Positions 1 to 14,760 of a stretch of DNA of 64,000 nucleotides are shown piece after piece. The position numbers and the translations under genes were made by a program. The stretch lies in contig JBMNIW010000003.1 in the NCBI GenBank assembly GCA_050951325.1, positions 96,001 through 160,000 on the forward strand, in the 5' to 3' direction. Position 1 is the stretch's first letter; each line of letters starts with the position of its first letter. The stretch is from Clostridia bacterium (lineage in GTDB: Bacteria; Bacillota; Clostridia; UBA1212; DUPL01). The notes beneath the pieces were generated by a model, which saw nothing but the letters and a program-made list of their open reading frames with translations, had not been told where the DNA came from and searched no databases.

Positions 1-1472
<1,472 letters not shown>

Positions 1473-1513
1473 ACTGTCACTCCTTCATTAATCCATTCTC
1501 AATATATTCAACG

Positions 1514-3019
1514 CTATTTATTGCGGTAATCCTTTTCCTTCAAGATGACACTGTGTGCTCCGCCTTCAACAATGCTTGTAGCGGATACCAAAGTAAGTCT
1601 TGCATTTTTATGAAGTTCAGGTATAGACAATACACCGCAATTGCACATGGTAGCCTTTAATTTATTTATTGTAACTTCAACGTTGTCTCTGAGCGGACCT
1701 GCATATGGAACGTATGCATCAACACCTTCTTCAAACGTCATGCCAGGGGTATCTCCCAAATCATATCTCTGCCAGTTCCTTGCCCTGTTGGAACCTTCTC
1801 CCCAGTATTCCTTAACATAAGTGCCGTTAATATTGAGCTTTCTTGTCGGGCTTTCGTCAAATCTTGCAAAATATCTGCCAAGCATTACGAAATCCGCACC
1901 CATTGCCAATGCAAGAGTTATGTGATAGTCATGTACAATGCCGCCATCGGAACAAAGAGGAATATAGATGCCTGTCTTCTTGAAGTACTCGTCCCTGGCC
2001 TTGGCAACCTCAATAACTGCCGAAGCCTGGCCCCTTCCTATTCCCTTCTGCTCTCTAGTTATGCAGATGGAACCTCCACCAATACCGATTTTGATAAAGT
2101 CAGCACCAGCTTCCGCAAGGTATAGGAAACTCTCTGCATCGACTACATTACCTGCACCGCATCTGACCTTGCCGTTGTATTCCGTCTTGATAAACTCAAG
2201 GGTATCCTTCTGCCATTCGGAATAACCTACAGAGGAATCTATGCACAAAACGTCAACTCCGGCATTTACAAGCTCGGGCACCCTTTCCCTGTAGTCTCTT
2301 GTGTTGATACCTGCACCGGTCATATAGCGCTTTTCCTTGTCGAGCAGTTCTACGGGATTTTCCTTGTGTTGGTCATAGTCCTTTCTGAAAACCAGATATC
2401 TAAGACGATTTTCCTCATCTATAATTGGCAGGGTGTTGAGTTTGTGGTCCCAGATTATATCATTTGCCTGTTTAAGTGTAATTCCTTCTCTTGCAAAAAC
2501 AAGCTTCTCAAAGGGAGTCATGAAATCCTTTATTTTTGTTTCAGGACTCATTCTGCTGACTCTGTAATCCCTGCTTGTAACAATTCCCATAAGGTATCCG
2601 TTGGGAGAGCCGTCATGAGTAATAGCAATGGTGGAATGGCCTTTTTCCTTCTTAAGATTCAAAACATCTTCAAGGGTATTTTCAGGAGTCAGATTCGAAT
2701 CGCTTACAACAAATCCAGACTTGTACTTCTTGACTCTTTTAACCATCTCTGCTTGCTCCTCAATTGACTGAGAACCATAAATGAAGGCCAAACCTCCGCA
2801 TTTGGCCAAAGCAATTGCCATCTTGTCATCGGATACCGACTGCATGATCGCAGAAACGAGGGGTATGTTCATGTAAATTTCAGATTCCTCCCCCTCTTTA
2901 TACTTTACAACCGGAGTCCTTAAAGACACGTTGCTTGGTATGCACTGTTTTGTTGCCAAACCTGGCAATAGTAAATATTCGCTAAATGTATGCGACGGTT
3001 CATCGTAAATATATGCCAT
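1514..3019 (-). CDS. guaB: IMP dehydrogenase with CBS pair
   Basis: [10 protein letters not shown] catalytic Cys loop, SDGGI, YWGEGS, EEGV; central CBS region. Confidence 0.95.
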   Translation of the reverse strand: MAYIYDEPSHTFSEYLLLPGLATKQCIPSNVSLRTPVVKYKEGEESEIYMNIPLVSAIMQSVSDDKMAIALAKCGGLAFIYGSQSIEEQAEMVKRVKKYKSGFVVSDSNLTPENTLEDVLNLKKEKGHSTIAITHDGSPNGYLMGIVTSRDYRVSRMSPETKIKDFMTPFEKLVFAREGITLKQANDIIWDHKLNTLPIIDEENRLRYLVFRKDYDQHKENPVELLDKEKRYMTGAGINTRDYRERVPELVNAGVDVLCIDSSVGYSEWQKDTLEFIKTEYNGKVRCGAGNVVDAESFLYLAEAGADFIKIGIGGGSICITREQKGIGRGQASAVIEVAKARDEYFKKTGIYIPLCSDGGIVHDYHITLALAMGADFVMLGRYFARFDESPTRKLNINGTYVKEYWGEGSNRARNWQRYDLGDTPGMTFEEGVDAYVPYAGPLRDNVEVTINKLKATMCNCGVLSIPELHKNARLTLVSATSIVEGGAHSVILKEKDYRNK

Positions 3020-3064
3020 GATCTTTCTCCTTAAAATCCATAATATATAAAGTTAGTGGAAGAT

Positions 3065-3093
3065 ATTATAATGTTTGCATATTTATATGTCAA
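3065..3093 (-). promoter_or_regulatory. sigmaA promoter of guaB(-greA-lysS)
   Basis: TTGACA(3093-3088)-17 nt-TATAAT(3070-3065), perfect consensus. Confidence 0.85.
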
Positions 3094-3098
3094 ATTAA

Positions 3099-3614
3099 TT
3101 ATTTGTTGTCTTTTAGTAAAGCCTTAGCTACGACACTGCTATAACCTTTCAGCATCGCCAGCAATTTTTCGTTTGGTTCAAATATTATCAAGAATCTTCC
3201 TTGGTTCTGGTGGCATGTAAAGTAATATAAGTCCACATCATCTCTGCCGCTTGAGCAATCAACATGCTTGGTGCCATCTTTATATTCTTCATCAACACTA
3301 TCATTATACCTGCCAAATGTAAGGATATCGGAAGCTGGCAATTTTATAACAGGCTGTCTTTTTGCCTGGTTAACAAGTTTGTCAATATTGAAAATTCCCG
3401 AATGCAGTGAGTACTCAAACTCCACCTTGTTGTAATTTATGTACACCAGCCTGGACACTATGCCTGCAGCAAAAAGAATAAAGGGTGTCGGAACAAAAAC
3501 GATGTATCCAGCAAAATTGTATAACAATACAAGCAAAACCACAGCGGCAACCATTATCATGAAACTCAAAAAAGTGTAAAAGGAATCCGTTTCCCTTTTA
3601 ATAATTATCTCCAT
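3099..3614 (-). CDS. Conserved clostridial membrane protein (two N-terminal TM helices; DUF6106-like)
   Basis: Two hydrophobic segments then VEFEY...IDKLVN...IIFEPNEKLL pattern; start chosen after a GGTGGTG SD. Confidence 0.65.
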   Translation of the reverse strand: MEIIIKRETDSFYTFLSFMIMVAAVVLLVLLYNFAGYIVFVPTPFILFAAGIVSRLVYINYNKVEFEYSLHSGIFNIDKLVNQAKRQPVIKLPASDILTFGRYNDSVDEEYKDGTKHVDCSSGRDDVDLYYFTCHQNQGRFLIIFEPNEKLLAMLKGYSSVVAKALLKDNK

Positions 3615-3640
3615 TATCACACCACCTGAAATGAATAATA

Positions 3641-3673
3641 TATGAAGGCCACAATTTTATTGTGACCTTCATA
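3641..3673 (-). terminator. Hairpin downstream of groEL
   Basis: tatgaaggccacaat-ttt-attgtgaccttcata inverted repeat. Confidence 0.7.
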
Positions 3674-3705
3674 GTATAACACAAAATGTTTCTAATTAAA
3701 ACCTT

Positions 3706-5331
<1,626 letters not shown>

Positions 5332-5353
5332 TCATCGCCTCCATCTATCTATT

Positions 5354-5668
<315 letters not shown>

Positions 5669-5671
5669 TTA

Positions 5672-5698
5672 TTAGCACTCACTTCAAATGAGTGCTAA
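5672..5698. promoter_or_regulatory. CIRCE element (HrcA operator)
   Basis: TTAGCACTC-N9-GAGTGCTAA, perfect match, just downstream of minus-strand TATAAT (5709-5704). Confidence 0.97.
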
Positions 5699-5780
5699 TA
5701 ATAATTATAATAATATTTCAAAAATAATCAAGACCCAAATGTAAAGTTTTTCTTCAAAAACTCCAAAATTTGATATAAAA

Positions 5781-6443
5781 CTACTCTTTTACTTCTTTTT
5801 TCATTAATTTGCTCAACTTTTCCGATTTTATACCTTTTCTTTCTAACAGCCTGTCATAAACGTCATCCCATGTAATACCGCACTCCACCATAAGCACCAT
5901 CAAATGGTACATAAAGTCCGCAATTTCTCCAACAGTATCATTCTTAATTTCATTCTTGGAGGCTATAATGATTTCCGCACTCTCTTCCCCTATCTTTTTG
6001 CAAATCTTGTCAATACCTTCCCTGAACAGATAATTGGTATAAGAATCATCCCTGGGATTTGCTTTTCTGTCCGCTATGACATCATAATCCTCGTATAAAA
6101 TATTATGTTTAACAAAAACAGGTGAAGGATTATGAAAACATGACCTTTCACCGGTATGACATGCACTCCCTGTCTGCTCAACCAGAACAAGTAATGTATC
6201 TCCGTCACAATCATAAGCCATGTCAACAATTTTCTGCACATTTCCACTGGTCTCGCCCTTTTTCCACAAGGCCTTTCGGCTTCTGGAATAGTAAGTACAG
6301 AAACCTGTATCAAGAGAAATCTCCAAAGACTCCTTATTCATCCAGGCCATCATAAGAACTTCACCTGTTCTACAGTCCTGAACAATACAAGGCACCATTC
6401 CCTCTTCATTGAACTTTATATCCTTAATTAATTCCTTGTCCAT
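5781..6443 (-). CDS. hisIE: Bifunctional PR-AMP cyclohydrolase / PR-ATP pyrophosphatase
   Basis: [34 protein letters not shown]; start reset to ATG 6443 (GGAG SD). Confidence 0.95.
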   Translation of the reverse strand: MDKELIKDIKFNEEGMVPCIVQDCRTGEVLMMAWMNKESLEISLDTGFCTYYSRSRKALWKKGETSGNVQKIVDMAYDCDGDTLLVLVEQTGSACHTGERSCFHNPSPVFVKHNILYEDYDVIADRKANPRDDSYTNYLFREGIDKICKKIGEESAEIIIASKNEIKNDTVGEIADFMYHLMVLMVECGITWDDVYDRLLERKGIKSEKLSKLMKKEVKE

Positions 6444-6444
6444 A

Positions 6445-7029
6445 TTACAAAACTCCTTTGGTCGATAATACTCCCTTTTGATTCGGATCATAACTTATTG
6501 CCTGCTTCAAGGCGTGCGCAAAGGCCTTGAAAACACTCTCAATTATATGATGCGTATTCGTTCCATAGCGAACAATAACATGGAGGTTCATTCCGGCATT
6601 GCTTGCAATGCTGGTGAAAAACTCCTGAACGGTTTCCGTTTCAAACTCTCCCAAACGGATGCACGGTATTTCACCCTTCAATATAAAGAAGGATCTGCCG
6701 CCAAAATCAATTACAACCTCGCTTAAAGCCTCATCCATGGGTATTACACTATGGCCGTATCTTTTTATTCCATCCTTGCTGCCGGCAGCTTCCTTAAGCA
6801 AAGTACCAACAACAATACCAACATCCTCCACAGTATGATGGCAGTCCACATACAAATCGCCTTTTGCTTCCACAGACAAACCTATACCCGAATGTTTTGC
6901 AAAAAGCTCCAACATATGGTCAAAAAAACCTATGCCGGTATTGATATCATATGCACCACCATCCAAATTAATTGAAGCTTCAATTTTTGTTTCTCTTGTT
7001 TCTCTTTTTACAAACGCTTTCCTGTCCAT
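6445..7029 (-). CDS. hisB: Imidazoleglycerol-phosphate dehydratase
   Basis: [35 protein letters not shown]; alternative start 7041. Confidence 0.96.
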   Translation of the reverse strand: MDRKAFVKRETRETKIEASINLDGGAYDINTGIGFFDHMLELFAKHSGIGLSVEAKGDLYVDCHHTVEDVGIVVGTLLKEAAGSKDGIKRYGHSVIPMDEALSEVVIDFGGRSFFILKGEIPCIRLGEFETETVQEFFTSIASNAGMNLHVIVRYGTNTHHIIESVFKAFAHALKQAISYDPNQKGVLSTKGVL

Positions 7030-7037
7030 AATATCCC

Positions 7038-8096
7038 TCATTCCATATCTTTAATTAAAGAAAGAAACTTATCCATCTCCTCATCAGTTCCTATGGTGAC
7101 TCTTAGATAATTGTCAATTCTATTCGTTTTGAAATGACGAACCAAAACACCCTTTGATCTTAAATAGCTCATAATGTCTTCCGCATTTTTTGTTTTATGG
7201 GAAATAAACAGAAAGTTTGTCCTGGAATCAAGCACCTTGAATCCAAGTTCCATAAGTTCTTTTTTCACACTCTCTCTTGTTGATACAATCTTATCAATGA
7301 CAGATTTGTAATACTCATCATCCTTTAATGCAGCTTCAGCTGCAACTATTGCGAGCCTGTCCAGTGTATATGAATTAAAAGAATCCTTTATCCTGTTTAA
7401 TCCGTCAACCAGCTCCTTGCTGCCACAAGCAAAACCAACTCTCATGCCTGCAAGAGCCCTTGACTTTGACAATGTCTGCACAACAAGAAGATTGTCATAC
7501 TTATTTACCAGCCCAATACAGCTTTCTCCACCAAAATCCACATACGCCTCATCTATGATTACCACATCATCCGGATGAGCATTTAGAATTCTTTCAATAT
7601 CACCAATATCAAGCGCAAGAGATGTTGGAGCATTCGGATTTGCTATGACAACGTTGCCCTTTTCCCTAACAAAAGCATCCACATCTATTGTAAAGTCATC
7701 TTTTAAAGGAATCTGTTTGCATTCAAGTTCGCACAAATCACAGTATACGGTATAAAAACTGTAGGTAATGTCAGGTATAAGTACTTTTTTGTCCTTGGCA
7801 AAAAACGCAAGAAAAGAAAAAGCCAAAACTTCATCCGAGCCGTTTCCTGCAAACACACACTCAAGAGACAGATTATACTTGTCCGCAAAAGCCCTTCTTG
7901 CCAAGCTTGCATCAGGCGCAGGATACAACCTTAAAGACTCATTGACACTTTGACAAATTGCATCAATTACTCTGGGAGATGGCGGATATGGGCATTCATT
8001 CGTATTGATTTTAATAAAAGTCTCGCCTTCCTTTGGTTGTTCACCAGGTACATACGGTATTAGATTTTTCGTGCGTTTGTTAAAATACTTGCTCAT
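7038..8096 (-). CDS. hisC: Histidinol-phosphate aminotransferase
   Basis: YVPGEQP, NTNECPYPPSP, GNGSDE, DEAYVDF, TLSKSRALAGMRVG. Confidence 0.96.
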   Translation of the reverse strand: MSKYFNKRTKNLIPYVPGEQPKEGETFIKINTNECPYPPSPRVIDAICQSVNESLRLYPAPDASLARRAFADKYNLSLECVFAGNGSDEVLAFSFLAFFAKDKKVLIPDITYSFYTVYCDLCELECKQIPLKDDFTIDVDAFVREKGNVVIANPNAPTSLALDIGDIERILNAHPDDVVIIDEAYVDFGGESCIGLVNKYDNLLVVQTLSKSRALAGMRVGFACGSKELVDGLNRIKDSFNSYTLDRLAIVAAEAALKDDEYYKSVIDKIVSTRESVKKELMELGFKVLDSRTNFLFISHKTKNAEDIMSYLRSKGVLVRHFKTNRIDNYLRVTIGTDEEMDKFLSLIKDME

Positions 8097-9375
8097 CATC
8101 ACACCTTGCCTTCAAACTTTTTGCATGAGCTGTAAGCCCTTCGGCCATCGCCATATTGTATGCATGCTCGCAATCCTTGAAAAAGCCCTCTTTCGTATAG
8201 TTTACAATACTGGTTCTCTTTACAAAATCCCATACTCCCAAAGGGGATGAAAATGCAGCCGTTCCTCCTGTTGGCAATACGTGATTTGAGCCGCAGAAAT
8301 AGTCGCCCATGGGTTCCGGTGAATACTCGCCTAAAAATATTGCTCCTGCATTGTAAAACTTGTCTATAAATTCATCCGTAAGAATCTTGTCGTTTAGTAT
8401 AAGCTCAAGATGTTCAGGTGCAATCGAATTAGACAAAAAAGCTGCTTCATCCAAATTGTCAACAACAATTATTGCGCCATTGTTTTCAATAGACTTTTTC
8501 GCAATAGTGTTTCTTTCCAAAGTTTTAAGTCTTTCATTGACCTTTTCTCTAACCTTCTCAGCTACATACATACTTGTAGTTACAAGTATGCTGGCAGCCA
8601 TTACATCATGTTCAGCCTGGGACAATAGATCCGCTGCAATATAATCGCAATTTGCAGTTTCATCGGCAACAATCATTATCTCTGAAGGGCCTGCAATCAT
8701 GTCAATACCCACATCTCCAAAAACAAGACTCTTTGCACAAGCCACATATGCGTTGCCAGGGCCCGTTATCTTGAACACTCTGGGAACTGACTCAGTGCCA
8801 TAAGCCATGGCGGCTATTGCCTGCGCTCCTCCAATCTTGAATATTCTGTCAACGCCTGCAATCTTCGCAGCCTTTAAAATTGCAGGAGAAACACTTCCAT
8901 CCTTTAAAGGAGGGGTACACATAATTATCTCTTTGACACCGGCCACTTTTGCAGGAATGATATTCATTAAAACAGAGGAAGGCAATGGTGCACTGCCGCC
9001 TGGCACATACACACCAACCCTCTGTATGCCATACACCCTTATACCGAATCTTGAACCGTCTTCCCTTTCAATTTGCCAGCTCTTCTCAAGTTCTCGTTCA
9101 TGAAAAGTAAATATATTGTCCTTTGCTTTTTGAAGAGCAATCTCCAAATCCTTATCTATTTTTGCACTTTCAATTTCCTCGTCAGTTACTTCAAGGCTGT
9201 CAAGTTCCACATTGTCAAACATTTTGGTATACATTCGGACAGCATCATCTCCTGAAGTTCTGACATCCTCCACAATCTTTTTTACTTTTTCCCTTATCTC
9301 ATCATTAATAGTTTTTCTTCTTTCATGAAAATGTGCAAGATACTCTGATTTATCTTCATTAATATAGATGCGCAT
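8080..9375 (-). CDS. hisD: Histidinol dehydrogenase
   Basis: GVYVPGG, GPGNAYV, IDMIAGPSE, SQAEHD, APEHL, GSNHVLPT. Confidence 0.97.
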   Translation of the reverse strand: MRIYINEDKSEYLAHFHERRKTINDEIREKVKKIVEDVRTSGDDAVRMYTKMFDNVELDSLEVTDEEIESAKIDKDLEIALQKAKDNIFTFHERELEKSWQIEREDGSRFGIRVYGIQRVGVYVPGGSAPLPSSVLMNIIPAKVAGVKEIIMCTPPLKDGSVSPAILKAAKIAGVDRIFKIGGAQAIAAMAYGTESVPRVFKITGPGNAYVACAKSLVFGDVGIDMIAGPSEIMIVADETANCDYIAADLLSQAEHDVMAASILVTTSMYVAEKVREKVNERLKTLERNTIAKKSIENNGAIIVVDNLDEAAFLSNSIAPEHLELILNDKILTDEFIDKFYNAGAIFLGEYSPEPMGDYFCGSNHVLPTGGTAAFSSPLGVWDFVKRTSIVNYTKEGFFKDCEHAYNMAMAEGLTAHAKSLKARCDDEQVF

Positions 9376-9388
9376 GGTTATCCCCTCT

Positions 9389-10024
9389 TTAATCAAGCTG
9401 CTTCCTTATGGAATCCAATATTTTCGATATCCTTACTCTTTCAATTTTCATACTGACCTTGTTTACAATCATTCTAGCACTGATATCACATATAGTTTCC
9501 AAAACCACCAGTCCGTTATCTTGAAGTGTCTTTCCGCTCTCAACTATGTCCACAATAACCTCGGACAACCCCACCAGGGGAGCCAGTTCCACAGAACCGG
9601 ACAGTTCAATAATCTCGACACTTTCACGTTTCACACGCTGGTAGTATTCCCTTGAGATATTTGGATACTTGGTTGCAACTCTTTTGTTTGGTATGTTATC
9701 CAACTTTCCCGCAAGACTGGCCGGACCTGCTACACACATCCTGCATTTACCTATGCCCAGGTCAATAACCTCATATAAATCCCTGCCTTCTTCTAGCAGT
9801 GTGTCTCTTCCACATATGCCAATATCCGCAGCACCGTATTCAACGTAAGTGGGAACATCCGACGGCTTAACAAGAAAAAAACGCACCTTGTTTTCCTCAT
9901 CGGTAATAATCAACTTTCTGCTATCTTCAAGCAATCCCGATGTATTTATGCCTGTATTTGCAAATATGTCCGCTGCCTGTTTTGCAAGCCTCCCTTTTGC
10001 CAGTGCAATATTCAAGTACTTCAT
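9389..10024 (-). CDS. hisG: ATP phosphoribosyltransferase, short form
   Basis: [43 protein letters not shown]. Confidence 0.97.
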   Translation of the reverse strand: MKYLNIALAKGRLAKQAADIFANTGINTSGLLEDSRKLIITDEENKVRFFLVKPSDVPTYVEYGAADIGICGRDTLLEEGRDLYEVIDLGIGKCRMCVAGPASLAGKLDNIPNKRVATKYPNISREYYQRVKRESVEIIELSGSVELAPLVGLSEVIVDIVESGKTLQDNGLVVLETICDISARMIVNKVSMKIERVRISKILDSIRKQLD

Positions 10025-11286
10025 AACGCATTACCCCATTCGATGATATCCTGATAATCAATTATGCGATCAACACCATTGTTGAAATTAATGTATCTGA
10101 CCTTGCCGTCTTCTCTAACATAAAGAAACAATTTAAACCCTTCGTTTCTGGCAAATTCAACCGCTTCCCCTTCATCATATTCAGATATATCAAGATGGGT
10201 AGAAATATTGTTTTCTCTAAAAAACTGCGATATCTCAATGGCTTCCTTTCTATACTTTCTGACAAATCCAACAAACGCATCACAAGAAGGAGCTAATCCG
10301 CACATTCCCTGTCTAATCAAAGCCTTCATTAAAATGTTGATGCCAAGACTGAAACCAGACGCCGGTATTTTCTTACCAAAGTTGCCTGTAAGGGTGTCGT
10401 ACCTTCCTCCTCCTAAATAAGGAAAGCCTACGCCATATGTATAGCCTTTGAAAATGGTTCCGGTATAGTATTTTAAGCTTCCCACCATTCCTAGGTCTAT
10501 TGATACATATTCACTCAGCTTGTAATCATCAAGAATCCTTAATATCTCCCTTAACGTTTCTATGGCGTTCAAACTTTTTTCGTTATGTGCATACAGGGCA
10601 GCCTTGTCAAGGATGGTGGCATCCCCAAATAATTGCGGAATACTAAGCACAAGCTCACCCACATTGTCGTTTACTCCTTTTGTCTTGAGCATAAGTTCCA
10701 GACCTGCAAAATCCTTCTTTTCAACCAGCAGTCTGGTTTCTTCTGTTTCTTTGTCGCTGAAGCCGCATTCCTCCATTATGCCAATAAAGAATTCGGAATG
10801 TCCAATGTCTATCTGAAAATTCTCAAGACCTGCAAGAAGCGAAATTTCAATAGCTTTTGCAATAACCTCGGCATCAACAAGGCATCCATCCTGACCCATG
10901 ATTTCAACACCTGCCTGTGTAAACTCATTGGTCTTGCCTCCACCCACTTCGTTAAATCTGAATACATTCCCTATGTAAAACAGCTTTTTGGGCATTGCTT
11001 TATCGCCCACAATCTTTGTTGTAAACACTCTTGCTGCAGGAATTGTCAAATCAGGACGCAACACAAGGATCTGACCATTTTTGTCGGTCAGTTTGTACAT
11101 CATTTCACTATCCATGGTGTTGGGTCCTGATGTAAAGACATCATAATATTCCAGTGTGGGAGTAATTATCTCATAATATCCACACATTCTCAAATGTTTT
11201 CTTATGTCGGCTTCCATATTTCTCATGTTGAAGCCTTCTTCAATCAAAATATCCTGCATGCCTTCAGGTGTGTAGATCTGTTTCAT
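10021..11286 (-). CDS. hisZ: ATP-PRT regulatory subunit HisZ
   Basis: HisRS-like fold motifs ([32 protein letters not shown]) upstream of short hisG. Confidence 0.94.
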   Translation of the reverse strand: MKQIYTPEGMQDILIEEGFNMRNMEADIRKHLRMCGYYEIITPTLEYYDVFTSGPNTMDSEMMYKLTDKNGQILVLRPDLTIPAARVFTTKIVGDKAMPKKLFYIGNVFRFNEVGGGKTNEFTQAGVEIMGQDGCLVDAEVIAKAIEISLLAGLENFQIDIGHSEFFIGIMEECGFSDKETEETRLLVEKKDFAGLELMLKTKGVNDNVGELVLSIPQLFGDATILDKAALYAHNEKSLNAIETLREILRILDDYKLSEYVSIDLGMVGSLKYYTGTIFKGYTYGVGFPYLGGGRYDTLTGNFGKKIPASGFSLGINILMKALIRQGMCGLAPSCDAFVGFVRKYRKEAIEISQFFRENNISTHLDISEYDEGEAVEFARNEGFKLFLYVREDGKVRYINFNNGVDRIIDYQDIIEWGNAL

Positions 11287-11299
11287 CTCAAACCTCCTT

Positions 11300-11361
11300 C
11301 ACTTTATCGCAATAAAGCAATAAAGTGAACATAGTTTACATTAAAACTCCTATCATGTCAA
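11300..11361 (-). promoter_or_regulatory. his operon sigmaA promoter plus HisR(YerC)-type operator
   Basis: TTGACA(11361-56)-17-TAAACT(11338-33); CACTTTA-N6-TAAAGCA at 11300-11319 with an extra TAAAGTG half-site 8 bp along. Confidence 0.75.
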
Positions 11362-11364
11362 GCA

Positions 11365-13596
11365 CTATATATGTGAAAGCTTTGCATAAGCCAGCATAAG
11401 ACGTTTCATTCCAGTACTGTCAAACTGTATCTCAACAACGGTTTTATCACCACTGCCTTCCATTTTCACAATGGTACCATTGCCAAACTTCTTGTGTTTT
11501 ACTCTGTCACCCACCTTGAAATCTTTGGTATCAACCTTCCCGGTTTGTTGGTTCAGAGCTTTTACATCACCAACACTATTGACAACGCGTCCAAAAGCTC
11601 CCTTCCTGACAGCACCAGTCCTGAAAGTTGTACTTTTCTCACTCCTATCTTCCTCCTTCTCAGCTTTTAACTCAAGCTCCCTTAAAAATCTGGAAGGAAC
11701 CCTGTAATTGGTTCTTCCGTAGAGCAATCTTAGCCTCGAATGAGTCAGATAAAGTTTTTTCTTTGCTCTTGTTATTGCAACATAACAAAGCCTTCTTTCC
11801 TCTTCAACTTCTTCAGGCATCTCTGCGCGCATGGACGGAAAGGTACCCTCTTCCATGGCAATTACGAACACAACAGGAAATTCAAGACCCTTTGAGTTGT
11901 GTATTGTCATTAGAGTGACCGTGTCTGCATCTACTTCCTCCTGCTTGTCCATGTCTGTACTGAGGGCGATGTTCTGCAAAAATGAAGTCAGATTGTTTAA
12001 GTTCTCAGCATCGGGAGATTCCAGGACTTCGCTTTCATACTCATTTGCAACAGAAATGAACTCCATAAGGTTTTCTATTCGGGATTCCGCTTCATCAGTA
12101 TTCTCTCTCTTTAGTTCTTCAATCATGCCCGACTCGTATATCACATACTTTACATACTCGGAAATGGCCATTGTATCCTTTTTCATCATAATGTCCATTA
12201 TCTTTAGCGCAAAGCTTGCAAGCTTGGATGCGGTTCTGGACAACTCGGGATAGTTGCCCGCATTAAGAAACACATTTAAGACATTTGTGTCTTCCCTGAG
12301 TGCAATGTCGTATGCGCTGTTGTATGAAACCTCACCAATTCCCCTTTTCGGAACATTGATAATCCTTCTTAATGCCACATCGTCCAAAGGATTGTCCAAC
12401 ACCCTAAGGTAGCAGACGATATCCTTGATTTCCTTCCTGTCAAAGAACTTCAAACCGCCGTACACCCTGTACGGTATTCCAAATCTGGTAAGAGCTTTCT
12501 CTATTGTCTGCGACAGGGCATTTATTCTGTAAAGAATGGTGAAATCCGAATATTTCATTCCTTTTCTAACACCATCCTGAATAGCACTTACTATATACAA
12601 GGCTTCGTCGTTTTGATCTTCCGCTTCGTATCTGGTTATGGGTTCTCCATGTCCCTGCTCCGTCCACAATCTCTTGTGTCTTCTTTCTGTATTGTTTTTA
12701 ATTATCCTGTTTGCCGCATCCAGTATGTTCTGCGTAGATCTATAGTTCTGCTCCAGCTTTATTACCTTGCAGTCATGATACTCGTTTTCAAACTCAAGTA
12801 TGTTCCTTATATCCGCACCTCTGAAACCATAGATGCTCTGGTCGTCATCTCCTACCACACACAGATTCTTGTACTTTGATGCAAGCAAACGGACAAACTC
12901 ATACTGAGCCATGTTCGTATCCTGATACTCATCCACCATTATGAACTTGAACTTCTCCTGGTAATAATCAAGAACATCAGGATTCTCTTTGAACAACTTT
13001 ATTGTCATAAGTATCATGTCGTCAAAATCCATGGCGTTGTTCGCAAGCAAGGTTTCCTGATACATTTTGTACACTTCCGAAACCATCCTAAACAAGTGGT
13101 TATTGTATGTGTCATGACTCTTGGTAAAATCCTTCCAAGATATCATCTCGTCTTTTGCTTTTGATATGTATTTTCTTACCGCTTTGGGGTCCAGGTATTT
13201 CTCATCTATATTAAGTCTTCTAAGACATTCCTTCAAAACCACCTGCACTTCGGTTTCATCGTATATGATGAAGTTCGAATTGAAACCTATTCTATCCGCA
13301 TACCTTCTCAATATTTTACCACAGGCTGCGTGGAATGTGTTTATCCATATGCCGTAAAGATTTTCTTCGCCCAATAAAAAAGAAGCCCTCTCAGCCATTT
13401 CTCTTGCAGCTTTGTTGGTAAAAGTAATTGCCAGGATATTGTACGGACTTACGCCGCAGTTCCTTATCAAATGGGCTATCCTGTAGGTAATAACCCTGGT
13501 TTTACCACTACCTGCTCCTGCAAGAATTAGTAGAGGGCCTTCCACATGAGTGGCTGCCAAATATTGTTCTTTATTAAGTTCCTTCTTCAGATCCAT
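11365..13596 (-). CDS. pcrA: ATP-dependent DNA helicase PcrA (UvrD family)
   Basis: LAGAGSGKT, VDEYQD, VGDDDQSIY, LEQNYRS, C-terminal VKHKKFG Tudor-like domain; start reset to ATG 13596 (TAATG overlap). Confidence 0.96.
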   Translation of the reverse strand: MDLKKELNKEQYLAATHVEGPLLILAGAGSGKTRVITYRIAHLIRNCGVSPYNILAITFTNKAAREMAERASFLLGEENLYGIWINTFHAACGKILRRYADRIGFNSNFIIYDETEVQVVLKECLRRLNIDEKYLDPKAVRKYISKAKDEMISWKDFTKSHDTYNNHLFRMVSEVYKMYQETLLANNAMDFDDMILMTIKLFKENPDVLDYYQEKFKFIMVDEYQDTNMAQYEFVRLLASKYKNLCVVGDDDQSIYGFRGADIRNILEFENEYHDCKVIKLEQNYRSTQNILDAANRIIKNNTERRHKRLWTEQGHGEPITRYEAEDQNDEALYIVSAIQDGVRKGMKYSDFTILYRINALSQTIEKALTRFGIPYRVYGGLKFFDRKEIKDIVCYLRVLDNPLDDVALRRIINVPKRGIGEVSYNSAYDIALREDTNVLNVFLNAGNYPELSRTASKLASFALKIMDIMMKKDTMAISEYVKYVIYESGMIEELKRENTDEAESRIENLMEFISVANEYESEVLESPDAENLNNLTSFLQNIALSTDMDKQEEVDADTVTLMTIHNSKGLEFPVVFVIAMEEGTFPSMRAEMPEEVEEERRLCYVAITRAKKKLYLTHSRLRLLYGRTNYRVPSRFLRELELKAEKEEDRSEKSTTFRTGAVRKGAFGRVVNSVGDVKALNQQTGKVDTKDFKVGDRVKHKKFGNGTIVKMEGSGDKTVVEIQFDSTGMKRLMLAYAKLSHI

Positions 13597-14336
13597 TACA
13601 AGCTCCTTTGCCTTAAAACTTCGTACATAACCAAACTGGCTGCAACAGATGCATTCAATGACGTTATTTTTCCGACCATTGGAATTGATAATACAAGATC
13701 GCATTTCTTCTTGACAAGGCTACCTATACCCTTGCCTTCGCTTCCAACAACCACAGCGACAGGTCCTTTCAAGTCACAGTTGAAAAGGCTATAATCTCCA
13801 TCCGCATCCGTACCAACAATCCAAACTCCTTCCTTCTTCAACTTGTCAAGAGTCTGGGCAACATTTGACACGCGCGCTATTTTCATATGTTCAATTGCAC
13901 CCGCAGAGGTTTTCGCCACAGCAGCAGTCAACGGAACCTGTCTTCTCTTTGAGATTACTATCCCATGGGCTCCCGCCGCATCAGCACTTCTAATAATTGC
14001 ACCAAGGTTGTGAGGATCCTGTATTTCATCAAGAACAATGACAAAAGGATCCTGACCAAGTTCCCTTGCATGCTCCAATATATCTTCCAGCGTGTCGTAC
14101 TGCCTGGCGGACAAATATGCCATGACACCCTGATGGCTGCTAGTACCTGTAATTGCAGTCAGTTTTTCCTTTGTTGTGATGCTGAATATAATTCCTTTCT
14201 CTCTTGCCAGGGCCTTGATAACTCCTATGGACCCACCATGCTCATTAACAAGCATAATCTTGTTAATGGGCGTATCACTTTTCAATGCCTCAATCACAGC
14301 ATTCCTACCGTATATAAATTCATTATCAATGCTCAT
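13596..14336 (-). CDS. rlmB: 23S rRNA Gm2251 methyltransferase (SpoU/TrmH family)
   Basis: IQDPHNLGAIIRSA, GSEGKG, SLNASVA. Confidence 0.93.
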   Translation of the reverse strand: MSIDNEFIYGRNAVIEALKSDTPINKIMLVNEHGGSIGVIKALAREKGIIFSITTKEKLTAITGTSSHQGVMAYLSARQYDTLEDILEHARELGQDPFVIVLDEIQDPHNLGAIIRSADAAGAHGIVISKRRQVPLTAAVAKTSAGAIEHMKIARVSNVAQTLDKLKKEGVWIVGTDADGDYSLFNCDLKGPVAVVVGSEGKGIGSLVKKKCDLVLSIPMVGKITSLNASVAASLVMYEVLRQRSL

Positions 14337-14760
14337 TAAAGCCTTTCTCCTTGTTCATTAATTCAAAAGAACGCTCCAAAATATGACTCATGCGTTCCGT
14401 CTGATTGGTAAGATAAAGGTATCCAATCAGACTCTCAAATCCCGTTGCATACCTGTAATCTGATATGTCCGCATTCTTGGGATGCGTATGGGTATTTGCA
14501 TTTCTACCCCTTCTCACAATCTCCTGTTCATCAGGAGTGAGAATGTCCGCAAGCTCATGAACCATGAAGGACTGGGATTTTGCCCTTACATATGTTATGG
14601 CGTTCACATGCAATTTATGAACATTCCTGATTCCTGATGAAACAAGTTTCTCTCTAATAAACAATTCAAAGACCGAATCGCCAATATATGCGAGCACAAG
14701 AGGCGGAAGCATCTTCGCATCTTTTATGTTGTACTTTTTATCTTCCATAATTCCTACCAT
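14326..14760 (-). CDS. mrnC: Mini-ribonuclease III
   Basis: LAYIGDSVFE, RRGRNA, YRYATGFESLIGYL; alternative start 14748. Confidence 0.95.
   Translation of the reverse strand: MVGIMEDKKYNIKDAKMLPPLVLAYIGDSVFELFIREKLVSSGIRNVHKLHVNAITYVRAKSQSFMVHELADILTPDEQEIVRRGRNANTHTHPKNADISDYRYATGFESLIGYLYLTNQTERMSHILERSFELMNKEKGFNEH

Noticed and set aside
13597-13704. N-terminal extensions in the ORF track for pcrA (also hisIE, helD, ABC ATPase, PHP, DUF2344, rpsT, spoIIAB)
   Set aside because: Longest-ORF artefacts; downstream starts have SD sequences and match family N-termini
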